Positions 40,596-49,202 of a DNA stretch of 64,000 bases are shown here, piece after piece. The notes beneath the pieces are model-generated. The model saw nothing but the letters and a program-made list of their open reading frames with translations, was not told where the DNA came from and ran no database searches. Position numbers and translations under genes: made by a program. The first letter of the stretch is position 1. Each line of letters opens with the position of its first letter. Where the stretch lies: IMG/VR virus record IMGVR_UViG_2061766007_000578; one strand, written 5' to 3'. The stretch comes from an uncultured virus (IMG/VR IMGVR_UViG_2061766007_000578) (lineage: Duplodnaviria; Heunggongvirae; Uroviricota; Caudoviricetes).

Positions 40596-40876
40596 GTAAA
40601 CAGAACTATCCGGTACCCATTGCACAGTACAAATATGTACCAATGGTAAAGGACAGGATAAACGAGGTCACAGTCAGAAAAGTGATGGCTTATCGTGATA
40701 CGGTTTGGATCGGGGATGAGCTGAAGATCCCACAGGGCAGACGGGCAAGGGTTATCAGGAAGCATCCGTGGATAGTTGAAACGAGCAAAGGCGTGTTCCA
40801 GTGGGTAGACCTTTATATGATGAACACGCGGAATGTTGATAGTACGGAGTCGGGATATGAGTATTTCAAGTTGTAA
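40592..40876 (+). CDS. Hypothetical protein (allelic 3' part repeated at 40898-41075)
   Basis: Coupled ORF; near-identical copy after an N-gap. Confidence 0.6.
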   Translation: MSKQNYPVPIAQYKYVPMVKDRINEVTVRKVMAYRDTVWIGDELKIPQGRRARVIRKHPWIVETSKGVFQWVDLYMMNTRNVDSTESGYEYFKL

Positions 40877-41170
40877 AGAACAGGGTANNNNNNNNNNCAC
40901 GGTTTGGATCGGGGAGGAGCTGAAGATCCCACAGGGCAGACGGGCAAGGGTTATTAGGAAGCATCCGTGGATAGTTGAAACGAGCAAGGGCGTGTTCCAG
41001 TGGATAGACCTCTATCTGATGAACACACGGAATGTCGATAGTACGGAGTCGGGATATGAGTATTTCAAGTTGTAAAGAACAGGGTATCCCGTTCTGGCCG
41101 GACAACGACGGCGGGTTGTGGTGCTATGTACCAGGCACGGGGAATGTTGAAAAGGTGGAGGAATACGAAT

Positions 41171-41425
41171 ATGAGCAAAATAACAGTTGAATGGATTCCG
41201 GTTGAGGAAAGACTGCCGGAGATAGTAACCGAGGACGGGAGCTCTGATTATATATTGTTGAGCTTTGACAATTACAATCTGCCAGCAATCGGGCGATATG
41301 AAGAAGACGAAGACGGGGACGGGAATTTCTTTGAAGGTGACGAGGATCGGAGCTGCTTATCGTACGGGCTGATTGTCAACGCATGGATGCCAATGATAAA
41401 GCCGTACAGAGAGGAGGAAAAATGA
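41171..41425 (+). CDS. DUF551-like protein
   Basis: WIPVEERLPE..VNAWMP. Confidence 0.75.
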   Translation: MSKITVEWIPVEERLPEIVTEDGSSDYILLSFDNYNLPAIGRYEEDEDGDGNFFEGDEDRSCLSYGLIVNAWMPMIKPYREEEK

Positions 41426-42823
41426 TGATGGACATATTCATAGTCGTGATACTGGTCTTTTTGTCCGGCGTGGCGTTCGGACTGGGGACGATGATCATAG
41501 TGGATTACTACTACAACAAGCAATTCCGGAAGTGGAAGAAGGAACGGGAGAAAGAAGGGAGCAAGGAACAGGAATGACAAGAGAAGAAGCAATCGAGGTG
41601 TTACAACAAGATATACCTTGCGAACAAGATACTGACTTTATCGAAGCGCTTGAAATGGCAATCAAAGCATTAGAGCAAGAGCCCTGTGAGGATGCAATAA
41701 GCAGACAGGCAACAATAGAAGCATTTCAGATGTTTCGTGGATATGAAGCAAACAGGACTAATGCTGAATGGGTTGACCGNNNNNNNNNNTAATTGGAATT
41801 ATTGTGCAGGGATTCACAGGGCTATTGAACTGATTGATAATCGCATAAGCGGAAAGGAAACATGGAACGGCTATCACGCACAGATAACCGCACCGAAGGG
41901 TACTTTTGAACGAATATTCAACGAGGAAGATGATAATAACGATATATGAGCCACAGGAAAGGAGCAATAAGGAATGATTAAGGAATCTGAACAAAATAAG
42001 GCTTATGCAGAAAAGCTGGCAACACTTATGGCTAATCATCCCGACATGAGAGTTATAGCTTGGATAGATACAGACGGTATAGATGATGATTACAGTTGTA
42101 TGGCAGGTAACTTATACGAGCCTTGTATAGAAACGCTGATAATCGGCAAGGATAATATGTACCACTCAAAGGAAGATAGCCCGTATGATGATTGTGGCAA
42201 CTACTACGGATGGAAAGAAGTTGACGAATGGACGGATGAAGAAATCGAGGAAAAGGCAAAGCAGATACCGTGGGAAGATGTNNNNNNNNNNNNNNNNNNN
42301 NNNNNNNNNNNNNNAATTGAGCCACAACAGGAAAGCGAGGAAGTATGAACAAAATATATTTTGAAGTTGAAGATGGTGTTGTGATTAAATATACACCAGT
42401 TTCCGGAATAGAAGAAAACATTTATANNNNNNNNNNTGTTAATCCACAGCCAAAGACAGGGTACTGGATAATGCACGAAAAACACAGAGAATGTTCTAAA
42501 TGTACAGTATGGCTACCAAAAGATATGCCGAGAAATAGTTTTTGTCCGAATTGTGGGTGCGCTATGGTTGAGCCACAGGAAAGTGAGGAAGTATGAGCGA
42601 AGAATTAAGGTTATGTCCTAAACTTTTAGTGAGGGAAGAAAGAAAAGCGATAGCGATAGGCACAGGAGATATTATTGTATCTTATTTCCAACCATGCCTT
42701 AAAGAAAAGTGTGTGGCATATAGCGGTAGGCATTGTGATGAATACCCTGTAAGCGGAAGTACATATTATGATCCACAGGAAAGTGAGGAATAACTATGTC
42801 AGATATAGAGTTAGTTATTAAGA
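41422..42823 (+). other. Fragmented cluster of small hypothetical phage ORFs
   Basis: MTREEAIE.., CSKC..FCPNCG ORFs separated by N-gaps. Confidence 0.55.
41948..42798 (+). repeat. Four copies of a gene-boundary motif gaKccacaggaaagYgagga
   Basis: Copies at 41948, 42319, 42570 and 42770, each just before the next start codon. Confidence 0.75.
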
Positions 42824-43367
42824 NNNNNNNNNNCCCCGAAGAAGTGACAGGAAAACTGTTTGTAATGGCTGTCAGCAACAACAACCTTATGACCGACCTT
42901 ATAACAGAGTGGATTCCTAACAAGGCAGGAATAAAGGGCGCAATGGTAGATTATCATGGCAAGTGTGCTATGTATCTCAATGCTCCTGACGTAGAACAGG
43001 CTAATGTCAGGGTTGCAAACGAAACCCTTGACGTTTACAACGGCAAGGCAGAGGAAATNNNNNNNNNNCTGGACGCTTATCAACACGATTTATCAGAAGC
43101 ATGAAAAGGGCAAAACCGCAGAACGGGCCGCACTTGTTGCGCTCTTGCATGATCGCATATACGACCTGTCACAAAGGTATATCGAGCGCGGATATGTGAC
43201 CATTGAGGAATACGACAATCTGAACTACTTGTGGGAGCCGTATTCAGCTCTCGGAGGGAACGGAACCGGGAAGAAGCTCGTTGACCAGGTGAACAANNNN
43301 NNNNNNGTTTTGTGCCGTGGGTGGGGATAGACCTCGCTCACGGCGTTTTTAATGGAGGAATGCGCCG

Positions 43368-43763
43368 ATGGATCAGACGATTACATTATCAACCCTCATA
43401 ATGATGGGTGCGTTAATAATGGGATTTTGGGGGTTTATTAAGGTTGTGAAAGAAATTGTAAGCAATATAACGGCAAGGCACGACAGAGAGCAGAAATGGG
43501 ATGAAATGGTACAAAACGTGCAAGGCGAACGGGACAAGATTTATCTCCGTTACGATGCCAAACTTGCCGAAATGGAACACAAGATCGAAACTAATCATTC
43601 TGATACAGAAGCCAAACTACAGGAAGTTAGGACAGAGCTTCTTATCCTGACGGATTGTATGGCGGCTGTTTTGGACGGACTACATCAACAAGGATGTAAC
43701 GGAGAAGTGACAAAAGCAAGAGAAAAACTTGATAAGTATATGAGGGCAAGAGCGCATGAATAA
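43368..43763 (+). CDS. Membrane-anchored coiled-coil lysis-module protein
   Basis: N-terminal TM; LDGLHQQGCNG. Confidence 0.6.
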   Translation: MDQTITLSTLIMMGALIMGFWGFIKVVKEIVSNITARHDREQKWDEMVQNVQGERDKIYLRYDAKLAEMEHKIETNHSDTEAKLQEVRTELLILTDCMAAVLDGLHQQGCNGEVTKAREKLDKYMRARAHE

Positions 43764-44103
43764 TATTTTAATAATAATTATAACAGCGGCTATCTCTTTC
43801 ATAGTCGGTGTATTGGTAATGTTCATATTGGCTATGAGAAAGAGAAAGAAAGTCACTTTCCCGAAAATCCTTGTATCGGCAGTGGTAGCACATGGAATGG
43901 TATTAACTACTCTTTCCTATGTGCTTTCTTTTTTGGATAAAGAACCTGTAGCAAGTGTATCTGAAACAATAGTGACAGAAATACTTGCACCTACAGTAGC
44001 ATACATTATCGGAAATGTGTTCCTGAATGTCTTTGAAAAGAATGTAACAAAGGTATCACACCCGATAAGTTATCTGAAAGATAAGGAGGAAGTAAATGGA
44101 TAA
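43756..44103 (+). CDS. Membrane protein (holin-like)
   Basis: Three hydrophobic segments. Confidence 0.55.
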   Translation: MNNILIIIITAAISFIVGVLVMFILAMRKRKKVTFPKILVSAVVAHGMVLTTLSYVLSFLDKEPVASVSETIVTEILAPTVAYIIGNVFLNVFEKNVTKVSHPISYLKDKEEVNG

Positions 44104-44401
44104 AACAGTAATAGTCAGTGCGCTTGCCGGATTATCAGTATTGACTACTTTAACGGTAGAGGGCATAAAGAAGATTCTGAACAGTAAAGGTGTTAAGTAC
44201 AATGCAGATGTTTTAGCGGCTATAACAGCGGTAATTTTAACTGTATTGTCTGCTATCGGATATGTGATCTACAACAACATACCCGTAAATGCACAAGTGA
44301 TCGTATCAATAGTTGCTATGTGCTTCTTTTCCTTTTTGGGCGCAACTACAGGATTTGACAAAATAATAAAGGGAATATTGCAGAAAGATTTGGAGAAGTG
44401 A
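44096..44401 (+). CDS. Holin-like membrane protein
   Basis: LTVEGIKK..GFDK; similar to fragment 29474-29613. Confidence 0.65.
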   Translation: MDKTVIVSALAGLSVLTTLTVEGIKKILNSKGVKYNADVLAAITAVILTVLSAIGYVIYNNIPVNAQVIVSIVAMCFFSFLGATTGFDKIIKGILQKDLEK

Positions 44402-44589
44402 TAGACCTAATTCTTTTCGCTGTGAAAGCGGCTGAACAGTTATATCCGAATGAAAGCGGATATTACAAAAAACAAGCCGTAATCAAGTGGTTGGAAAAAC
44501 AGAATATCGGAATGTCAGTATACGAAATATCACATCACATAGATATTTTGGTAACAATGCGAGATAGGGTAGCTCCCGAAAACAGGTAA
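44398..44589 (+). CDS. Truncated LL-H holin-like protein without a TM helix
   Basis: AVKAAEQ..KKQAVI aligns with the C-terminal half of 29860-30180. Confidence 0.55.
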   Translation: MIDLILFAVKAAEQLYPNESGYYKKQAVIKWLEKQNIGMSVYEISHHIDILVTMRDRVAPENR

Positions 44590-44645
44590 ATGCCTAACCT
44601 GCTTCTCGCATTTTTATATTTTTAGGCAAATTGCGAAAGGCAGGT
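44556..44645 (+). ncRNA. Three-way junction plus pseudoknot RNA with an alternative RBS-sequestering fold
   Basis: P1 aatgcgaga/tctcgcatt, P2 ggg/ccc, P3 caggt/acctg, pseudoknot tgccta/taggca. Confidence 0.6.
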
Positions 44646-44653
44646 AATTTAAC

Positions 44654-45307
44654 ATGGAAGATTTAACAGGTAAGAGGTTTAACAGTTGGACGGTTTTATC
44701 GTTAGATACAGAATCAAATAAGAGTGCAAGATGTTGGATATGCAGATGCGATTGTGGAAAAGTAAAAAGTGTTTTTGAAAACAATCTAAAAAAAGGTATC
44801 TCAAAATCGTGCAGATGCAAATCAAATATCGAAATGTCGCAAAGATTCACAACACATGGGTCAACAAAAACAAGGTTATATTCTGTGTGGTTTGGAATGA
44901 AACGCAGATGTAACGATCCTAAAATTCCAAACTATAAAAGTTACGGTGGACGAGGAATAACAGTATGTGATGAATGGCTTGATTTTGCAAAATTTAAGGA
45001 ATGGGCTATATCTACTGGATATGATGAAAACGCCCCCTTTGGTCAATGCACGATAGAGAGAATAGATGTTAATGGTAACTATGAACCTGATAATTGCACT
45101 TGGAAAAACATGAAGGAACAAGGCAACAACAGGAGAACGAATAAATTATTAACATATAACGGAAAAACACAATCCATTTCTGAATGGACGGATGAAATGG
45201 GATATGCAAGACATATTATCAAAAATAGATTGAGAAGGGGTTGGTCGGTTGAAAGAGCGATAACAACTCCTGTTGGAGAATATAAATGGCATCAGAACAG
45301 CAAATAA
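44654..45307 (+). CDS. HNH-type homing endonuclease (same family as 23430)
   Basis: DLTGKRF, CRCDCG, SCRC, YGGRGI, TIERIDVNGNYEPDNC. Confidence 0.9.
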   Translation: MEDLTGKRFNSWTVLSLDTESNKSARCWICRCDCGKVKSVFENNLKKGISKSCRCKSNIEMSQRFTTHGSTKTRLYSVWFGMKRRCNDPKIPNYKSYGGRGITVCDEWLDFAKFKEWAISTGYDENAPFGQCTIERIDVNGNYEPDNCTWKNMKEQGNNRRTNKLLTYNGKTQSISEWTDEMGYARHIIKNRLRRGWSVERAITTPVGEYKWHQNSK

Positions 45308-46059
45308 TAAAATTCATATCAGAAATATCACCTTGCGCACAGAACGGATTTAAGACTTTAGGCAAAGTATTACCGTCTGTATGTATAGGTATGGCGTGTG
45401 TTGAATGTGGTTACGGTACAGCAGGTAGTGTGAGATATCACTCATATTTAGGTCAAAAGGTAGGTACAGGGAAAACCGCCACAAAGTATTGGAGTGGTAA
45501 ATTCTTTACATCATCTACCAAAGAAGAATACACTATCGGACAGCATACAACAATAAAGGCGGCTTTTAGGGCGTATGATAGTATGCAACAATGTGTACTA
45601 AACTATTATGAACTTCTCAATACAAGCCTGTATGCCCGTGTAAAAGCAGGTGTCGATTATGTTACACAGATGAATCAAATTAAACTGTGTGGATATATGA
45701 CAAGTTCAACCGAGGTTAATTCTGTAATCAAGATCATACGGAAATATAACCTTACACAATTTGACGATTTATCCGTTACGCCTGTTCAACCCGAAGTGAA
45801 CGGCTATCAAGTCGGCAAAACCTACACTTTACAATCTAATATGTATGTCCGGCAAACACCGAACGGTCAAAAGATTAAATTTGACAGTTTCACACAGGAC
45901 GCAAAGAAACACGGACACTTTGACGATGAAGGAAACGGCGTACTCAATAGCGGTACAAGGGTTACTTGCAAAGAAGTAGAGAGGGTAGGTAATCAGATTT
46001 GGCTACGCATACCGTCAGGATGGGTATGTGCAGTAGGATCAAAAACATTCATAATATAG
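45286..46059 (+). CDS. Endolysin: GH73-like glucosaminidase with SH3-like domain
   Basis: LPSVCIGMACVECG, TKEEY, FRAY, GYMT, IPSGWVC. Confidence 0.85.
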   Translation: MASEQQIIKFISEISPCAQNGFKTLGKVLPSVCIGMACVECGYGTAGSVRYHSYLGQKVGTGKTATKYWSGKFFTSSTKEEYTIGQHTTIKAAFRAYDSMQQCVLNYYELLNTSLYARVKAGVDYVTQMNQIKLCGYMTSSTEVNSVIKIIRKYNLTQFDDLSVTPVQPEVNGYQVGKTYTLQSNMYVRQTPNGQKIKFDSFTQDAKKHGHFDDEGNGVLNSGTRVTCKEVERVGNQIWLRIPSGWVCAVGSKTFII

Positions 46060-46125
46060 TTTATTGTCTTTTTCTCGTAACTTCCTTCAATGGCGTACTC
46101 TTTCGTGGGGTACGCCGAGGAACAC

Positions 46126-46158
46126 AAGGGTACTGGAAACAGTACCCTTTATTTTTTT
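46126..46158 (+). terminator. Intrinsic terminator after the lysin
   Basis: aagggtactg-gaaa-cagtaccctt followed by T-run. Confidence 0.85.
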
Positions 46159-46172
46159 GCTTATTTTTAGGT

Positions 46173-46239
46173 GTTCGATACCTGTTCGATATCTGTACAT
46201 TATCTTGAACTTCTCAATACCCCTATCAAATGCTACAAT
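46173..46239 (+). promoter_or_regulatory. Promoter with a GTWC-N8-GAAC operator abutting the -35
   Basis: GTTC repeats at 11-bp spacing, GTAC-N8-GAAC, TTCTCA-N17-TACAAT with extended TG. Confidence 0.65.
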
Positions 46240-46271
46240 TCTATACGGAAAAGGGATTCTATAGGTATGAC

Positions 46272-46490
46272 ATGGATATTAAAGATTTCCCTAAATCGGC
46301 TATAGAGCCTATCATAGATGATTGGATTATAAATGATTTGTATTGTGGTAGAAACAGGAGCATTATCAAAGACCGTATGTTTAATGGTTACACCCACGAT
46401 GATTTAGCAAGAAAGTATGACCTTACGGAAGATCAAATCAAAAACATCATTTCAAAATGCAGGAAGGTAATTACAGAACATTTACCTTAA
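46272..46490 (+). CDS. Sigma-70 region 4-like HTH protein
   Basis: RNRSIIKDRMFNGYTHDDLARKYDLTEDQIKNII. Confidence 0.75.
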   Translation: MDIKDFPKSAIEPIIDDWIINDLYCGRNRSIIKDRMFNGYTHDDLARKYDLTEDQIKNIISKCRKVITEHLP

Positions 46491-46548
46491 ATTTCCCTGT
46501 TTATTCCCTCTTTATTCACTTCTAAATATTTCCCAAAAATCAGACAAT
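46481..46548 (+). promoter_or_regulatory. Four 11-bp-spaced direct repeats upstream of a weak promoter
   Basis: tttacct, tttccct, attccct, attcact at 46481, 46492, 46503, 46514; TTCTAA-N17-GACAAT. Confidence 0.55.
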
Positions 46549-46568
46549 ATCCCTATGAGGTAGCAATC

Positions 46569-46949
46569 ATGGGATATATACACTTTGAAAATAACCCCCT
46601 CAAAAAGCAGGTCGGGGATTGCGCTATAAGGGCTGTATCTGTCGTTATGGATTACGAATGGGACGAAGCATACAAACAACTATGTATTCAAGGTTTTTGT
46701 ATGGCAGACCTTCCTAACAGTGATTCTGTGGTAGGTGCGCTTTTGTTCTTAAACGGCTTTACCCGTCATAGTATAGAAACAGTATGCCCTGATTGCTACA
46801 CCATAAAAGATTTTTCTTTGGAACATCCGAGAGGTGTTTATCTTATCGGTACAGGTACACACATGGTAGGAATGATTAACGGTGATTACTTTGACACCTT
46901 TGATTCCGGCTATGAAATTCCTGCCTATGTATGGGAGAAAGTGAGGTAA
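46569..46949 (+). CDS. Putative papain-fold (Cys-His-Asp) protein
   Basis: GDCAIRAVS, THMVG, YFDTFDS. Confidence 0.5.
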   Translation: MGYIHFENNPLKKQVGDCAIRAVSVVMDYEWDEAYKQLCIQGFCMADLPNSDSVVGALLFLNGFTRHSIETVCPDCYTIKDFSLEHPRGVYLIGTGTHMVGMINGDYFDTFDSGYEIPAYVWEKVR

Positions 46950-46951
46950 TT

Positions 46952-47425
46952 ATGTACGGTTACAATCCTTATCAAAACTATCCAATGCAGAATAACGCAT
47001 ATCCGGCACAAAATAGCGCATATCCAACACAGATAAATCCACAACAAAGTGTCGGAAATCACACAATGGCAATAGCAACGGAAGAAGAAGTGTTGAAATA
47101 TCCCGTTGCACCCGGTAATTCTATCCCATTTAAGATAGACGGTCAGCCATTGATTATTGAAAAGAGCATGGGAATGTCACAATTTGATAGCCCCAAATAC
47201 AAGCGTTACAGGCTCATAGAGGAAGATACAGAGGTTATGACAGAGGATAAGCCTGATTACATATTAAAGTCCGTATATGAGGACGATAGACGGGTTGTAT
47301 CGGATGATATCAAAGAGATCAAAGCAAACATAGAAGAATTTACCACACAAATCTTTGATGATATTGATTCAATCAAGAAGATAATCAACCGCAACAGGGT
47401 AAAGAAGGAGAACGGCAATGATTAA
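46952..47425 (+). CDS. Hypothetical protein with Q/N/Y/P-rich N-terminus and coiled-coil C-terminus
   Basis: MYGYNPYQNYPMQNN.., YPVAPGNS. Confidence 0.7.
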   Translation: MYGYNPYQNYPMQNNAYPAQNSAYPTQINPQQSVGNHTMAIATEEEVLKYPVAPGNSIPFKIDGQPLIIEKSMGMSQFDSPKYKRYRLIEEDTEVMTEDKPDYILKSVYEDDRRVVSDDIKEIKANIEEFTTQIFDDIDSIKKIINRNRVKKENGND

Positions 47426-47645
47426 CATTCAAAAGTTTATGAATGATTATTCTGAAATGATGAAAAACCCGAAACAGTATGTCATTAAAAATATGGGTAT
47501 TTCAGAGGATATAGCAGATGACCCTAACAAGATCATACAAAAGATGATGAATGACGGAAAGATAACACAGGCACAATATGATTCTGCCCGTAATACGGCG
47601 ATGCAGATACAAAATAATCCTATGTTTCGGCAGATGATGAAATAA
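47418..47645 (+). CDS. Small Met/Asn/Gln-rich helical protein
   Basis: MMKNPKQ, DPNKIIQKMMNDGKITQAQY, NPMFRQMM. Confidence 0.7.
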   Translation: MINIQKFMNDYSEMMKNPKQYVIKNMGISEDIADDPNKIIQKMMNDGKITQAQYDSARNTAMQIQNNPMFRQMMK

Positions 47646-47646
47646 C

Positions 47647-47720
47647 TCTTGTTTAATTCTTGTTTAACTCTCGTTTAACTTGGTTCAAATTAAACAAGGA
47701 ACTAAACAAGAAATAAAACA
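47647..47720. repeat. Direct plus inverted 10-mer array (tcttgtttaa)
   Basis: Direct copies at 47647, 47658, 47669; inverted copies at 47690, 47702. Confidence 0.75.
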
Positions 47721-47772
47721 CCTGCTACGCCGTATTCACGGTTTCACAGGTTCATAAGTATTATAACAGTTT

Positions 47773-47863
47773 TAGTTATTAAGGCAAGTGCGCATAGCCT
47801 TGATATACGGACTACACAGGTGCATGAGTGTAGTTCCTAACTACAAAAAATTAAAGTAGGAGG
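47773..47863 (+). ncRNA. Candidate structured leader (two hairpins with complementary loops) of the CCC-motif gene
   Basis: tattaaggc/gccttgata; ggactacac/gtgtagttcc; ctac/gtag stem over the RBS. Confidence 0.5.
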
Positions 47864-47872
47864 TAAAAAGAA

Positions 47873-48718
47873 ATGTCATTAACAAATGATGGAAACCTTG
47901 TAATGCCTGTTTCGCCTATGTACGGCGGTGGTAATGGCTTCGGTGGCGGCTTCGGCTGCGATTGGGGCTGGATTATCCTTCTTCTCCTGTTCGCAGGTGG
48001 AGGATGGGGAATGGGCGGCTTCGGCGGCGGTATGGGTGGCTATGATTTCCCGTGGCTTCTCACAGGACAGCAGAATATCAACTCCAACACCAACAACGGA
48101 TTCCGTGATGCCATGATTAACGACAACATTACATCTGTTCGTGACGGTATAGCCGACATTTCAACACAACTTTGTGGTGGTTTTGCCGGAACTACAGCGG
48201 CAGTAACAAACGCACAGAACGCTATCACACAGCAGATGTACGCTAATCAGATTGCAGACCTTAACAGAAGTTTCGATGCACAGGTAGCAAACACAGCAGG
48301 ACTTACTAATATTTCTGCACAACTTGCTAATTGTTGCTGTGAGAACAGAGCCGCAACACAGGATGTTAAGTACACGATAGCAACAGAAGCGTGTGCAAAC
48401 AGGGCTACAAGCACAGCAAACACACAGGCTATTCTTGACAAACTTTGTCAGCTTGAACTGGATGGAGTTAAGGCGCAGGTTGACGCAAAGAACGACAGAA
48501 TACTTGAACTTCAAAATCAACTGAATATGGCTACCCTTCGTGAATCGCAGACCGCACAGAACGCATTTATCGCACAGGGATTTAGTGATGAAGTAGATCA
48601 GCTTTACAACAGGCTTAATAACTGTCCTGTTCCGAGTACACCTGTCTACGGACGCACACCTATATTCACCTGTGGCAATCAGGGTGGATGTGGATGTAAC
48701 GGCGGTTTCTACAACTGA
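47873..48718 (+). CDS. Gly-rich, TM-anchored helical protein with CCC and C-terminal CGC motifs
   Basis: GGGFG..WGWIILLLLFAGGGWG, LANCCCENR, GGCGCN. Confidence 0.8.
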   Translation: MSLTNDGNLVMPVSPMYGGGNGFGGGFGCDWGWIILLLLFAGGGWGMGGFGGGMGGYDFPWLLTGQQNINSNTNNGFRDAMINDNITSVRDGIADISTQLCGGFAGTTAAVTNAQNAITQQMYANQIADLNRSFDAQVANTAGLTNISAQLANCCCENRAATQDVKYTIATEACANRATSTANTQAILDKLCQLELDGVKAQVDAKNDRILELQNQLNMATLRESQTAQNAFIAQGFSDEVDQLYNRLNNCPVPSTPVYGRTPIFTCGNQGGCGCNGGFYN

Positions 48719-48733
48719 TAAGGGGGTATTGCT

Positions 48734-49189
48734 ATGTCACAGTATTTAACGAGTAGTGATACATTGGTAGCATTGAACGCTACCATACCTTTCAACAGCG
48801 TTTCTATTCCTTGCAATACGGGTAATGTAATTCCCGTGGTGACAGGAGTTCTTACTGTAAAGGGCAATACTTCTAACCGCTTTGCAAGATATGTGGTGAC
48901 GGTAGAAGGGAACATAAGTGTGCCGGAAGGTGGAGAAGTGACCGCTATAGCTTTGGGAATAGCCCTCAATGGTGCTGTAATACCTGAAAGCGTAGCAATC
49001 TTCACGCCACAGGCGGTTGAGGAATACGGTCATATAAACACAAGGGCGGTAATAACTGTTCCGTGTGGGTGTTGTGCAACGGTATCGGCAGTTTATACAG
49101 ATGGAACAGAGGATGACCCGGCAGTAACACCTACACCGTCAATCACAGTAAGACGCAATGCTTCAATATCGGTTGAAAGAATAGCGTAG
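48734..49189 (+). CDS. BclA C-terminal/C1q-like beta-sandwich protein
   Basis: ATIPFN, YVVTVEGN, IALNG..IPES, VPCGCC, NASISVERIA. Confidence 0.65.
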   Translation: MSQYLTSSDTLVALNATIPFNSVSIPCNTGNVIPVVTGVLTVKGNTSNRFARYVVTVEGNISVPEGGEVTAIALGIALNGAVIPESVAIFTPQAVEEYGHINTRAVITVPCGCCATVSAVYTDGTEDDPAVTPTPSITVRRNASISVERIA

Positions 49190-49202
49190 AAAGGAGTGCA
49201 AG

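Larger units (their letters stand above)
28993..41779. mobile_element. Lysis, attP, integrase, immunity and replication arm assigned to phage A (gapped)
   Basis: Gene content; composition resembles 1-19032, but the linkage is inferred. Confidence 0.65.

Noticed and set aside
39778..41087. Near-identical repeat pairs as template/variable repeats of a diversity-generating retroelement
   Set aside because: Differences involve C, G and T as well as A, are mostly synonymous, the copies abut N-gaps, and no reverse transcriptase is visible
44556..44612. Hammerhead ribozyme
   Set aside because: Has a stem-GAAA junction but lacks the CUGANGA core
46173..46210. Canonical Firmicutes LexA box
   Set aside because: The half-sites are GTWC-N8-GAAC or direct repeats, not GAAC-N4-GTTC
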